Part shown: piece by piece, positions 29,682 to 39,949 of the stretch
How the letters are laid out: the number at the start of each line of letters is the position of its first letter
Position numbering within the stretch: position 1 is the stretch's first letter
Virus record (IMG/VR): IMGVR_UViG_3300009785_000018
Length of the DNA stretch: 56,326 nucleotides
Strand: one strand, 5' to 3'
Source: an uncultured virus (IMG/VR IMGVR_UViG_3300009785_000018)
Lineage: Duplodnaviria > Heunggongvirae > Uroviricota > Caudoviricetes
Position numbers and translations under genes: made by a program
Notes under the pieces: generated by a model
What the model was told of the DNA's origin: nothing
What the model saw: the letters and a program-made list of their open reading frames with translations, nothing else
Databases searched by the model: none

Positions 29682-30529
29682 TACTCTTCTAACTCCTCCA
29701 ATGTATTAACAAATGATCTAAAATTGATAGTTCCCTCCAAGAAGCCGTTAACATCTGCGGTCAGTCCTTCTGATTCCATTCTGGCTTTTGGCATATGATA
29801 TACAATGTCTGAACCCCCTTCACATTGAACTATCTTGATTTCCAAGTCGCTTGATCCGCTAACGAATGCTTCTTCAAAACTGTTTGAAACATTTTGTCTA
29901 TCATCGCTGCCGACTATCAAATCTAGACTCAAAGAAAGTTCGAATCCTGCAACACTAGAAACATCGACTGGAAGATGACTTCCCATCGCATAAGATGGCT
30001 TCCAATTTGTTGAAATAGAATACTCAAAAGACTGAATGTGCCCCGACTCTAGTGCGCTGATACCTTCAATAAGAACAGATTTATTTCGCAATCCTAATGC
30101 ACTTTCTTCCACCATATCTGCTAGTAATTGGTCCTTTTCGTTTTCTTCTGTAATTGATGCTATCTCTCCGTAAGTAACGAATTCAATAGAGTCGGATGGT
30201 GGACTAGAGATTCCCCCATTCAATTTATAGCTATTTATATATCCACTGGTGAAAGAGAAATTACTAAGATGAGATCCCATAGTTCCAGCAGTTATAATAC
30301 CACTGTTTTCAATGAACGTATTGTATAAATTATTTCCTGCAGTTAATATTAAAGCTGATATAGATCCTTCAGACTGGTTTTTGCCCTTGTAACTTCTAGT
30401 CGCCAGACCCTTTCCAATAATTTCTGTTTTGGGACTAGAATATGAGGAATCAAAAGAAAAAGAGTTTGCTCCCTTAATTCCTTCTCCACCTAAGCTTACA
30501 AAAACGTCTTGACTTCTAGAATACCTCAT
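29681..30529 (-). CDS. tail-tube-like minor tail protein
   Basis: SGYINSYKLNG and IQSFEYSISTNWKPSYAMGS align by eye with NGFVSSYSVSA and VQSFSVSVDLPREALERLGS of the major tail protein. Confidence 0.55.
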   Translation of the reverse strand: MRYSRSQDVFVSLGGEGIKGANSFSFDSSYSSPKTEIIGKGLATRSYKGKNQSEGSISALILTAGNNLYNTFIENSGIITAGTMGSHLSNFSFTSGYINSYKLNGGISSPPSDSIEFVTYGEIASITEENEKDQLLADMVEESALGLRNKSVLIEGISALESGHIQSFEYSISTNWKPSYAMGSHLPVDVSSVAGFELSLSLDLIVGSDDRQNVSNSFEEAFVSGSSDLEIKIVQCEGGSDIVYHMPKARMESEGLTADVNGFLEGTINFRSFVNTLEELEE

Positions 30530-30541
30530 ACCTTGGTATTT

Positions 30542-30569
30542 ATTACACTTTTATCGAACCTTATTGAAT
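30542..30569 (-). promoter_or_regulatory. putative phage late promoter (degenerate upstream box)
   Basis: ATTCAA-N16-TGTAAT, 12 nt before ATG 30529. Confidence 0.55.
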
Positions 30570-31450
30570 TGTGCAGACCTGTCAGCGACTTGAATACCAG
30601 CCCTTCTCAATTTTTCGGAATCAGCTCCTGTAAAACTTTTATTTTTGCCTGTATTTTTTTCGGCTTCGTACCTCATTTGTGCAAATTCAATTATCTCGTC
30701 TGGATCTTCAGATTCAATACCTGGATAGTTTTTAAAAATACTTGAAAATGTATTTGCATTTGTTGCCAAGTTTGTTTGAAAATATGTAATTTGACTAATA
30801 GGTTTTCCAAAATATTGATATGTGTTTTTTGATAGGTCCCAAGAACTTCGAAAAAAATGTTTAATAGATATTCTTTTAATATTTGATTCTTTTAATTTTT
30901 CAGTATATTTAGTATAACTTTTGTTAATTTTAAATAACTCTTCTGGCTCTATTTCATCAAAGTCTTTTTCATTAAACTTTTTTTGAGAAAGATCTCTGTC
31001 TAAATATAAAGAATTCACAATGTAATGTTCATGCATTCTTCTATCAGTAATTTTTTCTATTGAGCTGGATGTAATTGAGTATTTTTGATCCAACAAATTC
31101 TGATATTCTTTTTCATTCGCTTCAAGTTCACTCTTTGCATGTTTTTTCATGTCTTCCGCCAGTGACTTCTGAATAGTTTTTTTTAGTTGGTCATTTAATT
31201 CTTCTAGATCTTTAATCTTGCTTTCCTTCTCCTCTGACCACAAATCTTGAGAAATAGCCCTTTCTATTAAACTTTCAGAAGTCTCTACTCCTCTTTTTTT
31301 TAATCTTTCGTAAAAAAAAGAATATACTCTTTCGTAATCTACATGATCATCCAGAGACATGTGTTTTATATAAAGGCTATTCTCAATATCATAAGAATAG
31401 CCTTTTAATATTTCCGAAAGCGCACTTCGAAGAATAGAATCTTCGTTCAT
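30551..31450 (-). CDS. charged helical protein, possible tail assembly chaperone
   Basis: Coiled-coil-like K/E-rich protein near the tape measure; YFGKPISQITYFQ motif. Confidence 0.4.
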   Translation of the reverse strand: MNEDSILRSALSEILKGYSYDIENSLYIKHMSLDDHVDYERVYSFFYERLKKRGVETSESLIERAISQDLWSEEKESKIKDLEELNDQLKKTIQKSLAEDMKKHAKSELEANEKEYQNLLDQKYSITSSSIEKITDRRMHEHYIVNSLYLDRDLSQKKFNEKDFDEIEPEELFKINKSYTKYTEKLKESNIKRISIKHFFRSSWDLSKNTYQYFGKPISQITYFQTNLATNANTFSSIFKNYPGIESEDPDEIIEFAQMRYEAEKNTGKNKSFTGADSEKLRRAGIQVADRSAQFNKVR

Positions 31451-32220
31451 TACTTCTTACTATCTTTTTTTACTTTCTTTTTAGCTTTTTTTTCTTCTGA
31501 TTCCGCCTTGACTTCCTCTACTACTTCTTTTTCTATTTCCTCTTCTTCAATTTCTGTTTCAATTTTTTTACCGAAATTTTCTTTATAAAATCCTTCGAAA
31601 TCTTGTTCGGTGTCAGCGATTCCCATAAACCACAAAGTAAATAGAAAAACTAGTTTGTTATAAATTTCAGACCATTCGTCTCCATTTTCGCCATCTTGCT
31701 TTTCTTCCATATGCTGGAACTGCTCAATCATTCTTTTTTGTGGATGCTCATTATCTGATTCAAACATAGCTTTTTCATCAATCAGAGAAAAGTTTAAAAA
31801 AGCATAGTCAATTGATTTGTTGCGAGCTTTAGTCTCAACAGTATCATCATAAATTGCCGAATAATATTCATTGAAATTTCTAATCTGATCTGACAACTTA
31901 TTTATCTCTTCGTATAATTTGATTCTAGTATCTTTGTTTTTATCGCCCGTACTAGTTAGCAAATCTTCTTCTTTTCTTACAAGCTGTTGGCGTAATTTGG
32001 TAATTTCATACTCATCACCTTTTGTCATCGCTCCGTCGCAATTATCCATGTAATACTTATCAACAGCCGCTTTTGTTTGAACGCCCATGTTCATAAGTTT
32101 CGACTTAATCGCAGCTTGAAAGATTTCTAAATCTTCCATTTCGCTTCTATTTGGCTTTTTAAGACCAAAATCAAAAGTTTCTTCGCCTATTTTCCCCTTG
32201 AATGTATATAATTTTTTCAT
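31450..32220 (-). CDS. charged helical protein, possible tail assembly chaperone
   Basis: FGLKKPNRSEMED N-terminus is chaperone-like; acidic then basic tail; TAATG coupling to the next gene. Confidence 0.45.
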   Translation of the reverse strand: MKKLYTFKGKIGEETFDFGLKKPNRSEMEDLEIFQAAIKSKLMNMGVQTKAAVDKYYMDNCDGAMTKGDEYEITKLRQQLVRKEEDLLTSTGDKNKDTRIKLYEEINKLSDQIRNFNEYYSAIYDDTVETKARNKSIDYAFLNFSLIDEKAMFESDNEHPQKRMIEQFQHMEEKQDGENGDEWSEIYNKLVFLFTLWFMGIADTEQDFEGFYKENFGKKIETEIEEEEIEKEVVEEVKAESEEKKAKKKVKKDSKK

Positions 32221-32229
32221 AAATTTCCC

Positions 32230-32448
32230 TTACCTATTGATTTTATAGTAATTCTCAGCCTGATCTTCGAAAAACCTAGCTTGATCATTGCCAACATCTA
32301 GAATTCTCTGTCTTGCCTCTTCATAATCATCATTAGAAATGCACTTTTTATCAAGTAAATCTTCTAAATGATACAAATATTGTTTAAACATGTATTTGAT
32401 ACACCGTTTGCCCAAAAAATTGAAATATAAATAATCCTTTTCTTCCAT
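32230..32448 (-). CDS. small hypothetical protein
   Basis: 72 aa with its own promoter motif and GGAGG 6 nt before the ATG. Confidence 0.65.
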   Translation of the reverse strand: MEEKDYLYFNFLGKRCIKYMFKQYLYHLEDLLDKKCISNDDYEEARQRILDVGNDQARFFEDQAENYYKINR

Positions 32449-32467
32449 ACCTTGCCTCCAAGGTAGT

Positions 32468-32495
32468 ATTACATTTAAAAGGGTAAAATGAGAAA
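32468..32495 (-). promoter_or_regulatory. putative phage late promoter
   Basis: TTTCTC-N16-TGTAAT. Confidence 0.75.
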
Positions 32496-35400
32496 TTATG
32501 CAGGTGCTACAACGTCACCTCTCAATGAGGCTTCTAAACCCTCCAGCCTTGTTCTCATTGATTCGATCATAGCCTCTGTATTTGCAAAGTTTTCTTCTAC
32601 TCCATCAAAAGATAATGTAAAATTATTAAATGTCTCCACCTTACTTTCTACACCTTCGTTTAGAGTGGTAATGAATGTGGCAATATTTTGATTCAGATCT
32701 GCAAGTTGTTCAACGTTACTGTTTTGCTTGTCTTGTTTAATTTGCTCTAAAAGCTCACTAAATGTAATTTCTTGATTTTCAACAAGTTTTTGTATAACTG
32801 CTTCAAGATTTCCCCTATCACCTTGCGTCTTATCTGATGATTTAAAATCGTCTATCGCTTTTATTGCTGTACCCATCTCGTCACCAGTTATAGTTTTATC
32901 TGACTTCCCTTGTTCTAAAGACCTTAAAATTTCTGTCAGAAAGTCGGTATTATTTTTTGACTCTGCAAGCGCCGATAACGCTGTATTAGTTTTCTTAAGT
33001 TCTTCTATTAAGGGATTTGTGGTTTCTTCAGGTGCTGGCTTAGTATCTTTAACAGCACTGTCTGTTCCATACTGATAAGCGTTAGCATCTCCACCTTCGA
33101 TTAAATTAGGAAGTCCCATCATTGATCGGAACGCTGCATTATCTGATTTTCCCTGACTCTGTGAGAACATATAATTTTCCCTTGGATCGTCGAGATCGAC
33201 GCCGACGGGTGCCATACTTGCTGCGCCATATCCAAGACGTGCGTTATTCTTATTGAAGTCTAATGGCATTCCACTCTTAATATCAAAATCTCCAGATTCC
33301 AAGACAGATGAGTTAAATATTTGGTCATACATCTCAGTTCCATGATTAAACATTCCTCGTTCGCTATATGCGTTTTTAAAGGGATTGTTGAAAATGGCAC
33401 TTTGGTCTATTTGATGCCTTTCTGTTGTCTCCATGCCACTTTTAGTATGAAAACTCTTAGGTCCATCGTAACGCCCAAGATTGTTATTGTTTTGTATTCT
33501 GGAATATTCTTTGATATATTGGTCTCGTAACCTTGCCTGTTCTTTGTTTTGGGGGACTACCAATCCACTCAAACCAGCATCCCTGTTTACGACATCTTTT
33601 CGTTCTGTAAATGCTTCTCTTACGCTCGATGGAGTACTTGCAATTAAGGCGTCATTAGTTTTGCCCCTGCTGGTTATTTCGTTTGTTAAGACTCCAAATC
33701 CAGCAGTTTCCATTCGTGAGCCATATTGCCCTTCTCCCATGCGTCTAATAGCTTCGTTAGCTCTTCCAGCAACATCATATTTATTGAATTTAAATTGTCC
33801 GTTCTCGTCAACCTCCGTTCCAGTATTTTTTATATTTCTGTCAAATTCAGATAACATACTTGCTTGCGTAAATCTATCTATTTTAAATTTTCCGTCTTCG
33901 TCTTTCTCTTCCAAGGCAGCAACAAAACCCTCTCTAATTTCTCCAGCCTCATTTGTCAATACTTTCTTAACTCCCTTTGTACTTGTATATTCTCCTTGAG
34001 CTCTAACTTTACCAGCGATAGTTGGATCATCTCTGCCCATCACTTCTGACACGCTCATTCCCATTTCAGATCCTTGTTGAGATCTTACGGATTGGTCTGT
34101 TCTTAACTTCCTAAGAATAGCTTCTTGGTTGTTAGAAATGTTTATGTTTTCCCTTCTATCATTCGACGCTATTTTTTCAAGTTCAAGACTCTCGGCAGCT
34201 GATAATACTAAACTGTTCAGTGTTGTTTCTACACCCTCGGTCCCAGAGAAAATGTTTTTTAGTTCGGTTCTTATATTATTGAGCTCTTCTAGGCTAGAAA
34301 TTCCTGTTGCCATTTTCGCTAGAACTGGGGTCAATTTCTCTTCATCAAAACTAGTGCCAGAAGTAACTATAGGGTTTATGAGTTCGTCTATTCCCCCAAT
34401 GGTGTCGTCAAAAATTTTATTTTTGTTTGTTCCAGTTAAGACCTCTTCTTCCTTAACTTTTAATGCTTGTATCTTATTAAAATTATCATCCCTTCCTGAG
34501 CCTGTTAGTCCGAATCTGCTACCAGACATTAATAGAGCACTTCTTTCTCTGTTTATTTCGGTTGGGCCAGATAATTGATCCCTGAATGAGCTTGCATTGT
34601 TTATACTTCTTTGTACATTAAAGTTCTCCATTTGCGCCCTACCAAACGCAGCACTATTAATTCCCAACCCTACCCTTGTTCTTGTCATCGACCTTCGGTT
34701 TGCCATGTCTTGGAATCCACCTCCAGATTTAAAACTTTCGCTTATAATATTACCGTATTCGTGTAGTGCATCAGATGATTCTCTAATCGCAGAAGGCAAA
34801 TCGTCTATGTCAATTCCCAAACGCATTAACGCTTTTTGTATCCCGCCAAAACGGCCGGAACTGAGTCCTTCGGATATAGATTTTGAGAATTCACCTATAG
34901 AATCACCAGAATTCTTCATAGCTTGATCCATTGCACTAAAATCAACATTACTTAAATTTATGTTTTTTAGTTCCTTTTTTTGATCTTCGGATATGTCAGA
35001 GAAAGGATCGTCCTCTACAATAAAACTGTTGCTACTCATTCCCATCTTCGACAGAAGTTTGTCGAAGCCCTCAAGCATAGAAAGACCACTCGCCCCTTGG
35101 CCTTGGCCGTTTCTGGCTAAATTCATTATCATTTTTTCACGATTTCTGCTAAAATCAGTTTGAACAACTCGACTACCCGTTGTATCTTCGAGTATTTTTG
35201 TTACGTCAAGCCTATTTTTAGCCTCAAATGTTTGCGAATTTAACTGTCTCTGCAATTCCACGGCTACATCGCCCCTATCGTTCGAGGTCGCAGATGTCAA
35301 TTTTTCAATTTGTTCGGATGTTAAACCCGACTCTCTTAAAGTTTTGTTTGTTGCGTCTTCTATACCTAATATTTTCTGCTGATCAAGATCTCCAGAAGAT

Positions 35401-38400
35401 ATTAAGTCCGAAATTAGAGATTGAGACTGTAAAAAAGATTTAATCGCATTGGCGCTGTTTGCATTTGTTTCTTGAAGCTTGTCAAATTGTGCGGCTAATA
35501 TATCTGAGGGTGACTCCTTTTTTCCTGCAGATGAAACACCTCCAAGTATAGCGCCTCCTACAGTCCCAGCTATCATTGCAGGCAGTCCAAACAATGATCC
35601 AGCGGACATGCCCGTCGAAGCTCCTTGCGCCGCGCCTTCGAAAATATTTCCAGTTCTTTTAGCAGCATCTTCATCTTGACCCGCTTTTCCAGCTATGAAT
35701 TCAGCGCCACGACCTATCGTTGGAGCAGACATACTCAAAACCATACTGCCTAAAAATCCCCTTTGAGCAATTCCTTGGTTTCTTTGGAATCTCCTATTTG
35801 AAATATCGGCTTTTATCATTTTCTTAGCCATAGGTGTCATAGTCTTATCCTGCTCAAAACGTTTTTCTATACCTCTGAAACTCGGCATACCTAATCTCCC
35901 TCCTATTCCTTTACGGCTTTGTTTATCTATTGCTGCTTGAGCTCCCTTAACTTGTTGTTCGGCTATTTGTTGGTCTATTTCAAAAAATCTATTACCAACA
36001 GAAGTTTTAACAGCGGTTCTAACTTGTTGTCTAAGCTTTTTGCCTTCTGGGGTACTATTCAAATCTTTCATGCTCATCCCCCTTCTTCCCATCTGCGTTT
36101 TTAACTCTGATCGATATTCATCATTTAATACCATCGATCTGTCTGCTTGCGAGAACCTAGTATTTGCATTTACTGGAGTTGCGCCTTGGAATCGACTTGT
36201 CTGATCTTGTCTCCTTACGTCTTCTTCTATGTCACGTCGCTGCAGAGCTTTCTCTCTTCGTAGTTCCTGCTCTCTTATCTTTTGCGCTTCAAGTGCTCGC
36301 CGTTTCTTGGCTTCTCTTTCTTGAGCTATACGGTCGGCATTATCAAGACTATCTTGTCTCCTTGCAAACTCACCAAAATTATCGGCTCCAGTTGGAGAAC
36401 CCCTAGGTGGTCCAATGAAACTTGAACTTCTAAGGTTTTCAAAAGCTCCTGAAGCTCCTTTATTTATTAGGTTTCTTTTGGTAGCTTCTTTGGCAGTTGG
36501 TCTGCCTACTGGATTTACTCCCTGAGACCTTTCTTTAAATCTGTTTGTTCTAACAGATCCAATAGTATTATCGGCATAAATACTATTTCCCCCTCTTTTA
36601 ATAATAGCACTAGCCGTAGCGGGTAAAATTTTGTTCTGATTTCTACTTGAAGCCCCTCCTGGATTGGTACCAGCATTCTTTCGTAGCCATTCTTTATCCT
36701 TAACGGTCAAGGGTAACCCGTTTTCTAGTTTGCCTTTTATAGCGATTTCTCTCTTGCTTCCTGCAGCATAATTAAACGTGCTCTTATTCATCATACCGCC
36801 CTTCATCATTTCTTTATTTAAAACGATGTCCCCAGACTTATTAGGTATGATAAGCTCTTCACTATTTACAACTGCTGGACCTTTTTTTCCTCTGCCATAA
36901 TTAAATTTTTCAATAACCCTTGCTTGCGCTTTCGATGTAGCACCTCCTACATTTCTACCAATAGCATTTTGTTCTCTAATAATTGCTTCTGGAATTGTTC
37001 CGCCCGCGTTATTAGACACTCCACGATTAAGCGCGATAGCCTTGGTTGAACGCTTTATATTATATCCTCCAGCGCTACCTGATATAATTAATCCCCTCTT
37101 TCTTAAGTGTTCTGAAAATCTAACTTCGGATCTTTCTTGAGCTTTTTGAATGGCAAGTTGTCTTTCTAAAATACCAAGAATAACTTGTTCTTTTTGTGCT
37201 TGCGAAGTAGCTAAAGCAAACTGCTTTTTCTCTTCTTCCGTACCTTGTTTTAATAAAGCTACAGTAGCGGTTTGAGTTTGTTCTCTATTTTTTTGTCCTT
37301 TGTTAAGTCCAGTTAATGAAAGTAGAGAAGCACCGCCTTGAACCAATGTGTTAGCAAATAGATTTTTAACAACTGCAGCAGCAGCAACAAGTCCAGGTCC
37401 ACTTAAAACCTTCGCGAAGCCTTCTGCGGCATCACGTAAAAAGCCGAAATTCTTGGCTCCTATAATAGCATCATTTAAAAGACCAATGAATGCATTAGAC
37501 GCACCAAGTTTGTTTCCTTGAAAAGCTTCTAAAATAGAATTTATGTTCCCAACAAGATCTTTAATTGCGTCACCAGTCCCCAATGCTCCAACGCTGTTAA
37601 AAATTTTTCCAATATTGGAATTAATTTGTTTGCTTATTCCCCCAATAGTTTGGTTATACTCTTCGTTTGCCTTATTAGCTTCATTGGTAGCCTCACCTGA
37701 TTTTAAAGCTGCACTATCAGCGACACTATACGCACTAGACAAATCTTGAAATGCGGAGATTAACTTAGAAATTTGAAACCCGCCAGCAGCCACTTGACCA
37801 ATTTGAGCAGCTAAAGATTGATTACCTGCATCTTGAGCCGCTTTATAAGCAATTGAGACTTGACGCAATTTTTCCATTCCGCTTGAGTTATCATCAATTG
37901 CAACTTTTAAGTCTTTTAATTCTGCTATACGATTCGGTAAGCTCAGTCTAGTAAAAGCAGTCTTAAGGCCTTGACCCAAGGTTGCGCCACCAAGACCAGT
38001 TCTCTGCTTCATGGCCGTAATAACACCCAGTAACTCATTAAATGAAACTCCAGCACCCTGAGCTACAGCAGCAGAACGAGCCAGCGCAGCTGCTAAATCA
38101 TCCGAAGAAACGGCGAAAGATGTTTCAACAGCACGAAGTTTGTTGATAACTTCAGTTGACGTCAGAGCTTCTTTCGCGAAGCCATTCAGGGTTGCCGTAA
38201 TTGCGGCAACTGCTTCGTTAGTTTTTAAAGTTGTTAATCGGACCAGAATTAGGGAATCTTCAGTACGTTTCAATGTTTCTCCCACCGCCAAACCCTGACG
38301 AGCAAATTCTTGAGCAGTTTGTGCTACCGTTTGAAAAGATTGTCCAGTTTTTTTCGCAATATCAAATAATTCATTTCCAAACTTTGAAATTGTACCGCTT

Positions 38401-38717
38401 GATTGACCCAAAATACTATTAATAGCTGTAAGCTGCGATTCAACCTCTACGATTGTACTTACTAGCTTTGTGAAAGATCTTCTTACTCCCTCAATAACTG
38501 CAACAGACGCTCCGAACGCAATAACACGGGCATTAGAAGCTTCTAGAGACTTAGTAAACTCATCAGCCTTCCCCGTAATACGACCCAAGGCCATCTGACC
38601 CTTTTTAGTGTCTAAATTAACGCCTTTACGTTCGAGTTTGCGGACAGCGGTATTTACGTTCCGATTTAAATTCCGCGTATCCGCTCCTACTATAATGTCT
38701 AAGTCGCTTTGAGCCAT
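32496..38717 (-). CDS. tail tape measure protein
   Basis: 2073 aa, helical, A/G/Q-rich; TP901-type core (LFDIAKKTGQSFQTVAQTAQEFARQG, FAVSSDDLAAALARS, GATLGQGLKTAFTRL); follows the tail tube gene. Confidence 0.9.
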   Translation of the reverse strand: MAQSDLDIIVGADTRNLNRNVNTAVRKLERKGVNLDTKKGQMALGRITGKADEFTKSLEASNARVIAFGASVAVIEGVRRSFTKLVSTIVEVESQLTAINSILGQSSGTISKFGNELFDIAKKTGQSFQTVAQTAQEFARQGLAVGETLKRTEDSLILVRLTTLKTNEAVAAITATLNGFAKEALTSTEVINKLRAVETSFAVSSDDLAAALARSAAVAQGAGVSFNELLGVITAMKQRTGLGGATLGQGLKTAFTRLSLPNRIAELKDLKVAIDDNSSGMEKLRQVSIAYKAAQDAGNQSLAAQIGQVAAGGFQISKLISAFQDLSSAYSVADSAALKSGEATNEANKANEEYNQTIGGISKQINSNIGKIFNSVGALGTGDAIKDLVGNINSILEAFQGNKLGASNAFIGLLNDAIIGAKNFGFLRDAAEGFAKVLSGPGLVAAAAVVKNLFANTLVQGGASLLSLTGLNKGQKNREQTQTATVALLKQGTEEEKKQFALATSQAQKEQVILGILERQLAIQKAQERSEVRFSEHLRKRGLIISGSAGGYNIKRSTKAIALNRGVSNNAGGTIPEAIIREQNAIGRNVGGATSKAQARVIEKFNYGRGKKGPAVVNSEELIIPNKSGDIVLNKEMMKGGMMNKSTFNYAAGSKREIAIKGKLENGLPLTVKDKEWLRKNAGTNPGGASSRNQNKILPATASAIIKRGGNSIYADNTIGSVRTNRFKERSQGVNPVGRPTAKEATKRNLINKGASGAFENLRSSSFIGPPRGSPTGADNFGEFARRQDSLDNADRIAQEREAKKRRALEAQKIREQELRREKALQRRDIEEDVRRQDQTSRFQGATPVNANTRFSQADRSMVLNDEYRSELKTQMGRRGMSMKDLNSTPEGKKLRQQVRTAVKTSVGNRFFEIDQQIAEQQVKGAQAAIDKQSRKGIGGRLGMPSFRGIEKRFEQDKTMTPMAKKMIKADISNRRFQRNQGIAQRGFLGSMVLSMSAPTIGRGAEFIAGKAGQDEDAAKRTGNIFEGAAQGASTGMSAGSLFGLPAMIAGTVGGAILGGVSSAGKKESPSDILAAQFDKLQETNANSANAIKSFLQSQSLISDLISSGDLDQQKILGIEDATNKTLRESGLTSEQIEKLTSATSNDRGDVAVELQRQLNSQTFEAKNRLDVTKILEDTTGSRVVQTDFSRNREKMIMNLARNGQGQGASGLSMLEGFDKLLSKMGMSSNSFIVEDDPFSDISEDQKKELKNINLSNVDFSAMDQAMKNSGDSIGEFSKSISEGLSSGRFGGIQKALMRLGIDIDDLPSAIRESSDALHEYGNIISESFKSGGGFQDMANRRSMTRTRVGLGINSAAFGRAQMENFNVQRSINNASSFRDQLSGPTEINRERSALLMSGSRFGLTGSGRDDNFNKIQALKVKEEEVLTGTNKNKIFDDTIGGIDELINPIVTSGTSFDEEKLTPVLAKMATGISSLEELNNIRTELKNIFSGTEGVETTLNSLVLSAAESLELEKIASNDRRENINISNNQEAILRKLRTDQSVRSQQGSEMGMSVSEVMGRDDPTIAGKVRAQGEYTSTKGVKKVLTNEAGEIREGFVAALEEKDEDGKFKIDRFTQASMLSEFDRNIKNTGTEVDENGQFKFNKYDVAGRANEAIRRMGEGQYGSRMETAGFGVLTNEITSRGKTNDALIASTPSSVREAFTERKDVVNRDAGLSGLVVPQNKEQARLRDQYIKEYSRIQNNNNLGRYDGPKSFHTKSGMETTERHQIDQSAIFNNPFKNAYSERGMFNHGTEMYDQIFNSSVLESGDFDIKSGMPLDFNKNNARLGYGAASMAPVGVDLDDPRENYMFSQSQGKSDNAAFRSMMGLPNLIEGGDANAYQYGTDSAVKDTKPAPEETTNPLIEELKKTNTALSALAESKNNTDFLTEILRSLEQGKSDKTITGDEMGTAIKAIDDFKSSDKTQGDRGNLEAVIQKLVENQEITFSELLEQIKQDKQNSNVEQLADLNQNIATFITTLNEGVESKVETFNNFTLSFDGVEENFANTEAMIESMRTRLEGLEASLRGDVVAPA

Positions 38718-38729
38718 AACCTAGTTATT

Positions 38730-38757
38730 ATTACATTAAATACAAAACAAAGTGAAA
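38730..38757 (-). promoter_or_regulatory. putative phage late promoter
   Basis: TTTCAC-N16-TGTAAT, 12 nt before the tape measure ATG. Confidence 0.8.
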
Positions 38758-38786
38758 AAAAAATCCCACCGTTTCCAGTGGGATTT
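38755..38786 (-). terminator. intrinsic terminator after tail tube gene
   Basis: Inverted repeat AAATCCCAC/GTGGGATTT (38761-38786) running into a T-tract on the minus strand. Confidence 0.8.
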
Positions 38787-38815
38787 AATAATATATTTTA
38801 ATAGATCTTTAATTA

Positions 38816-39889
38816 CTATTCACTACTACCATCCAAGAAAATACCTCTTGTAGTATCGCTAGCCGCTCCAATTGGAACCGTAAAGCTTACCGAACCGTTT
38901 CTGTCAGAACCAATATCTGTAGAAGTGTTCTCGCTTTCAAAGAATGCGCCTTTAATCTCAATCTTAAATGTCTCAGATTTTGCGCTACCTACACATGGTG
39001 AAGCAGTAATAGTGAAGTCAAAACTGGTTGCTGAGCAGGAAGTAAAAAGGTCTGAAAGACTACCCTCAACTATGTCGGTTACTGCAAAATCCAAAGATAC
39101 TGTTGCATTAATAGGTGTTTGAAGCGGACGAGCAAATACGAAGTCACTACCAAGTCTTTCCAGCGCCTCACGAGGCAAATCAACAGAAACTGAGAATGAT
39201 TGAACATTTGCTTTGCTAAGATCTACACCCAACAAAGTGGTTGGTAGTCCAGCAATTGCAATATCGCCCTTTTTGATAACTGATGGCATCCCAACTTCCC
39301 CAGTTGTTCCAGCAGGTATTGTATAAGTCGTGGTAAGAGCTGTTCCGTCAGTTGGGTTAATCGCAGGAATAACAACAGCTCCAGCCGCGTCTTTAATTGA
39401 GTAGTTTGATCCTTCGATAGAAACACTAGATTCCATAAATCCTCCAACAGATGCGGAGACGGAGTAAGAGGAAACAAATCCATTTCCGATACCTACAACA
39501 AAATCTTCTGTAGCTACTGGAGTACGACCAACGACATCTACGCCCTGCTTTGTAAACAGAGAGAAATAATTCTTATCATCTTGAGTTCCATCTAAAAAGA
39601 AGCTGGCAATGGACTTGCTGCCATCGATTGGCATTCCTAATGCTGCTTCATTATGACCGTCAGTTGTGTAATATGTAAACTCCATTGTCGGAGTAGGTGA
39701 AGAATTTACCACCTTGTCCAAAGCCGCTGTCTGACCAAATTGATTAACGTCCTCCAAGGGGAGGTCAAAAGTGTCACTAACAGATTGGACACGGTGTAAT
39801 TGTATAATAGCGGCGTGAGCGCCTGTTGAAGGGGTGGGACCAACAAAAAGTCCAGCTGATCCATATTTTACTTGTGTTCTTGATGCCAT
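38816..39889 (-). CDS. major tail tube protein
   Basis: 357 aa, beta-rich, own promoter motif and terminator, between neck genes and tape measure. Confidence 0.75.
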   Translation of the reverse strand: MASRTQVKYGSAGLFVGPTPSTGAHAAIIQLHRVQSVSDTFDLPLEDVNQFGQTAALDKVVNSSPTPTMEFTYYTTDGHNEAALGMPIDGSKSIASFFLDGTQDDKNYFSLFTKQGVDVVGRTPVATEDFVVGIGNGFVSSYSVSASVGGFMESSVSIEGSNYSIKDAAGAVVIPAINPTDGTALTTTYTIPAGTTGEVGMPSVIKKGDIAIAGLPTTLLGVDLSKANVQSFSVSVDLPREALERLGSDFVFARPLQTPINATVSLDFAVTDIVEGSLSDLFTSCSATSFDFTITASPCVGSAKSETFKIEIKGAFFESENTSTDIGSDRNGSVSFTVPIGAASDTTRGIFLDGSSE

Positions 39890-39921
39890 AATTTAAAAAA
39901 TGTTTGAGGGTTGTATTTTAT

Positions 39922-39949
39922 ATTACAAATTTTTTTATTAAATGAGAAA
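39922..39949 (-). promoter_or_regulatory. putative phage late promoter
   Basis: TTTCTC-N16-TGTAAT. Confidence 0.8.

Noticed and set aside
31450..31500. -1 frameshift fusing the two chaperone-like genes at A-runs
   Set aside because: The -1 frame hits TAA after the first run and TAG after the second, before the downstream ORF.
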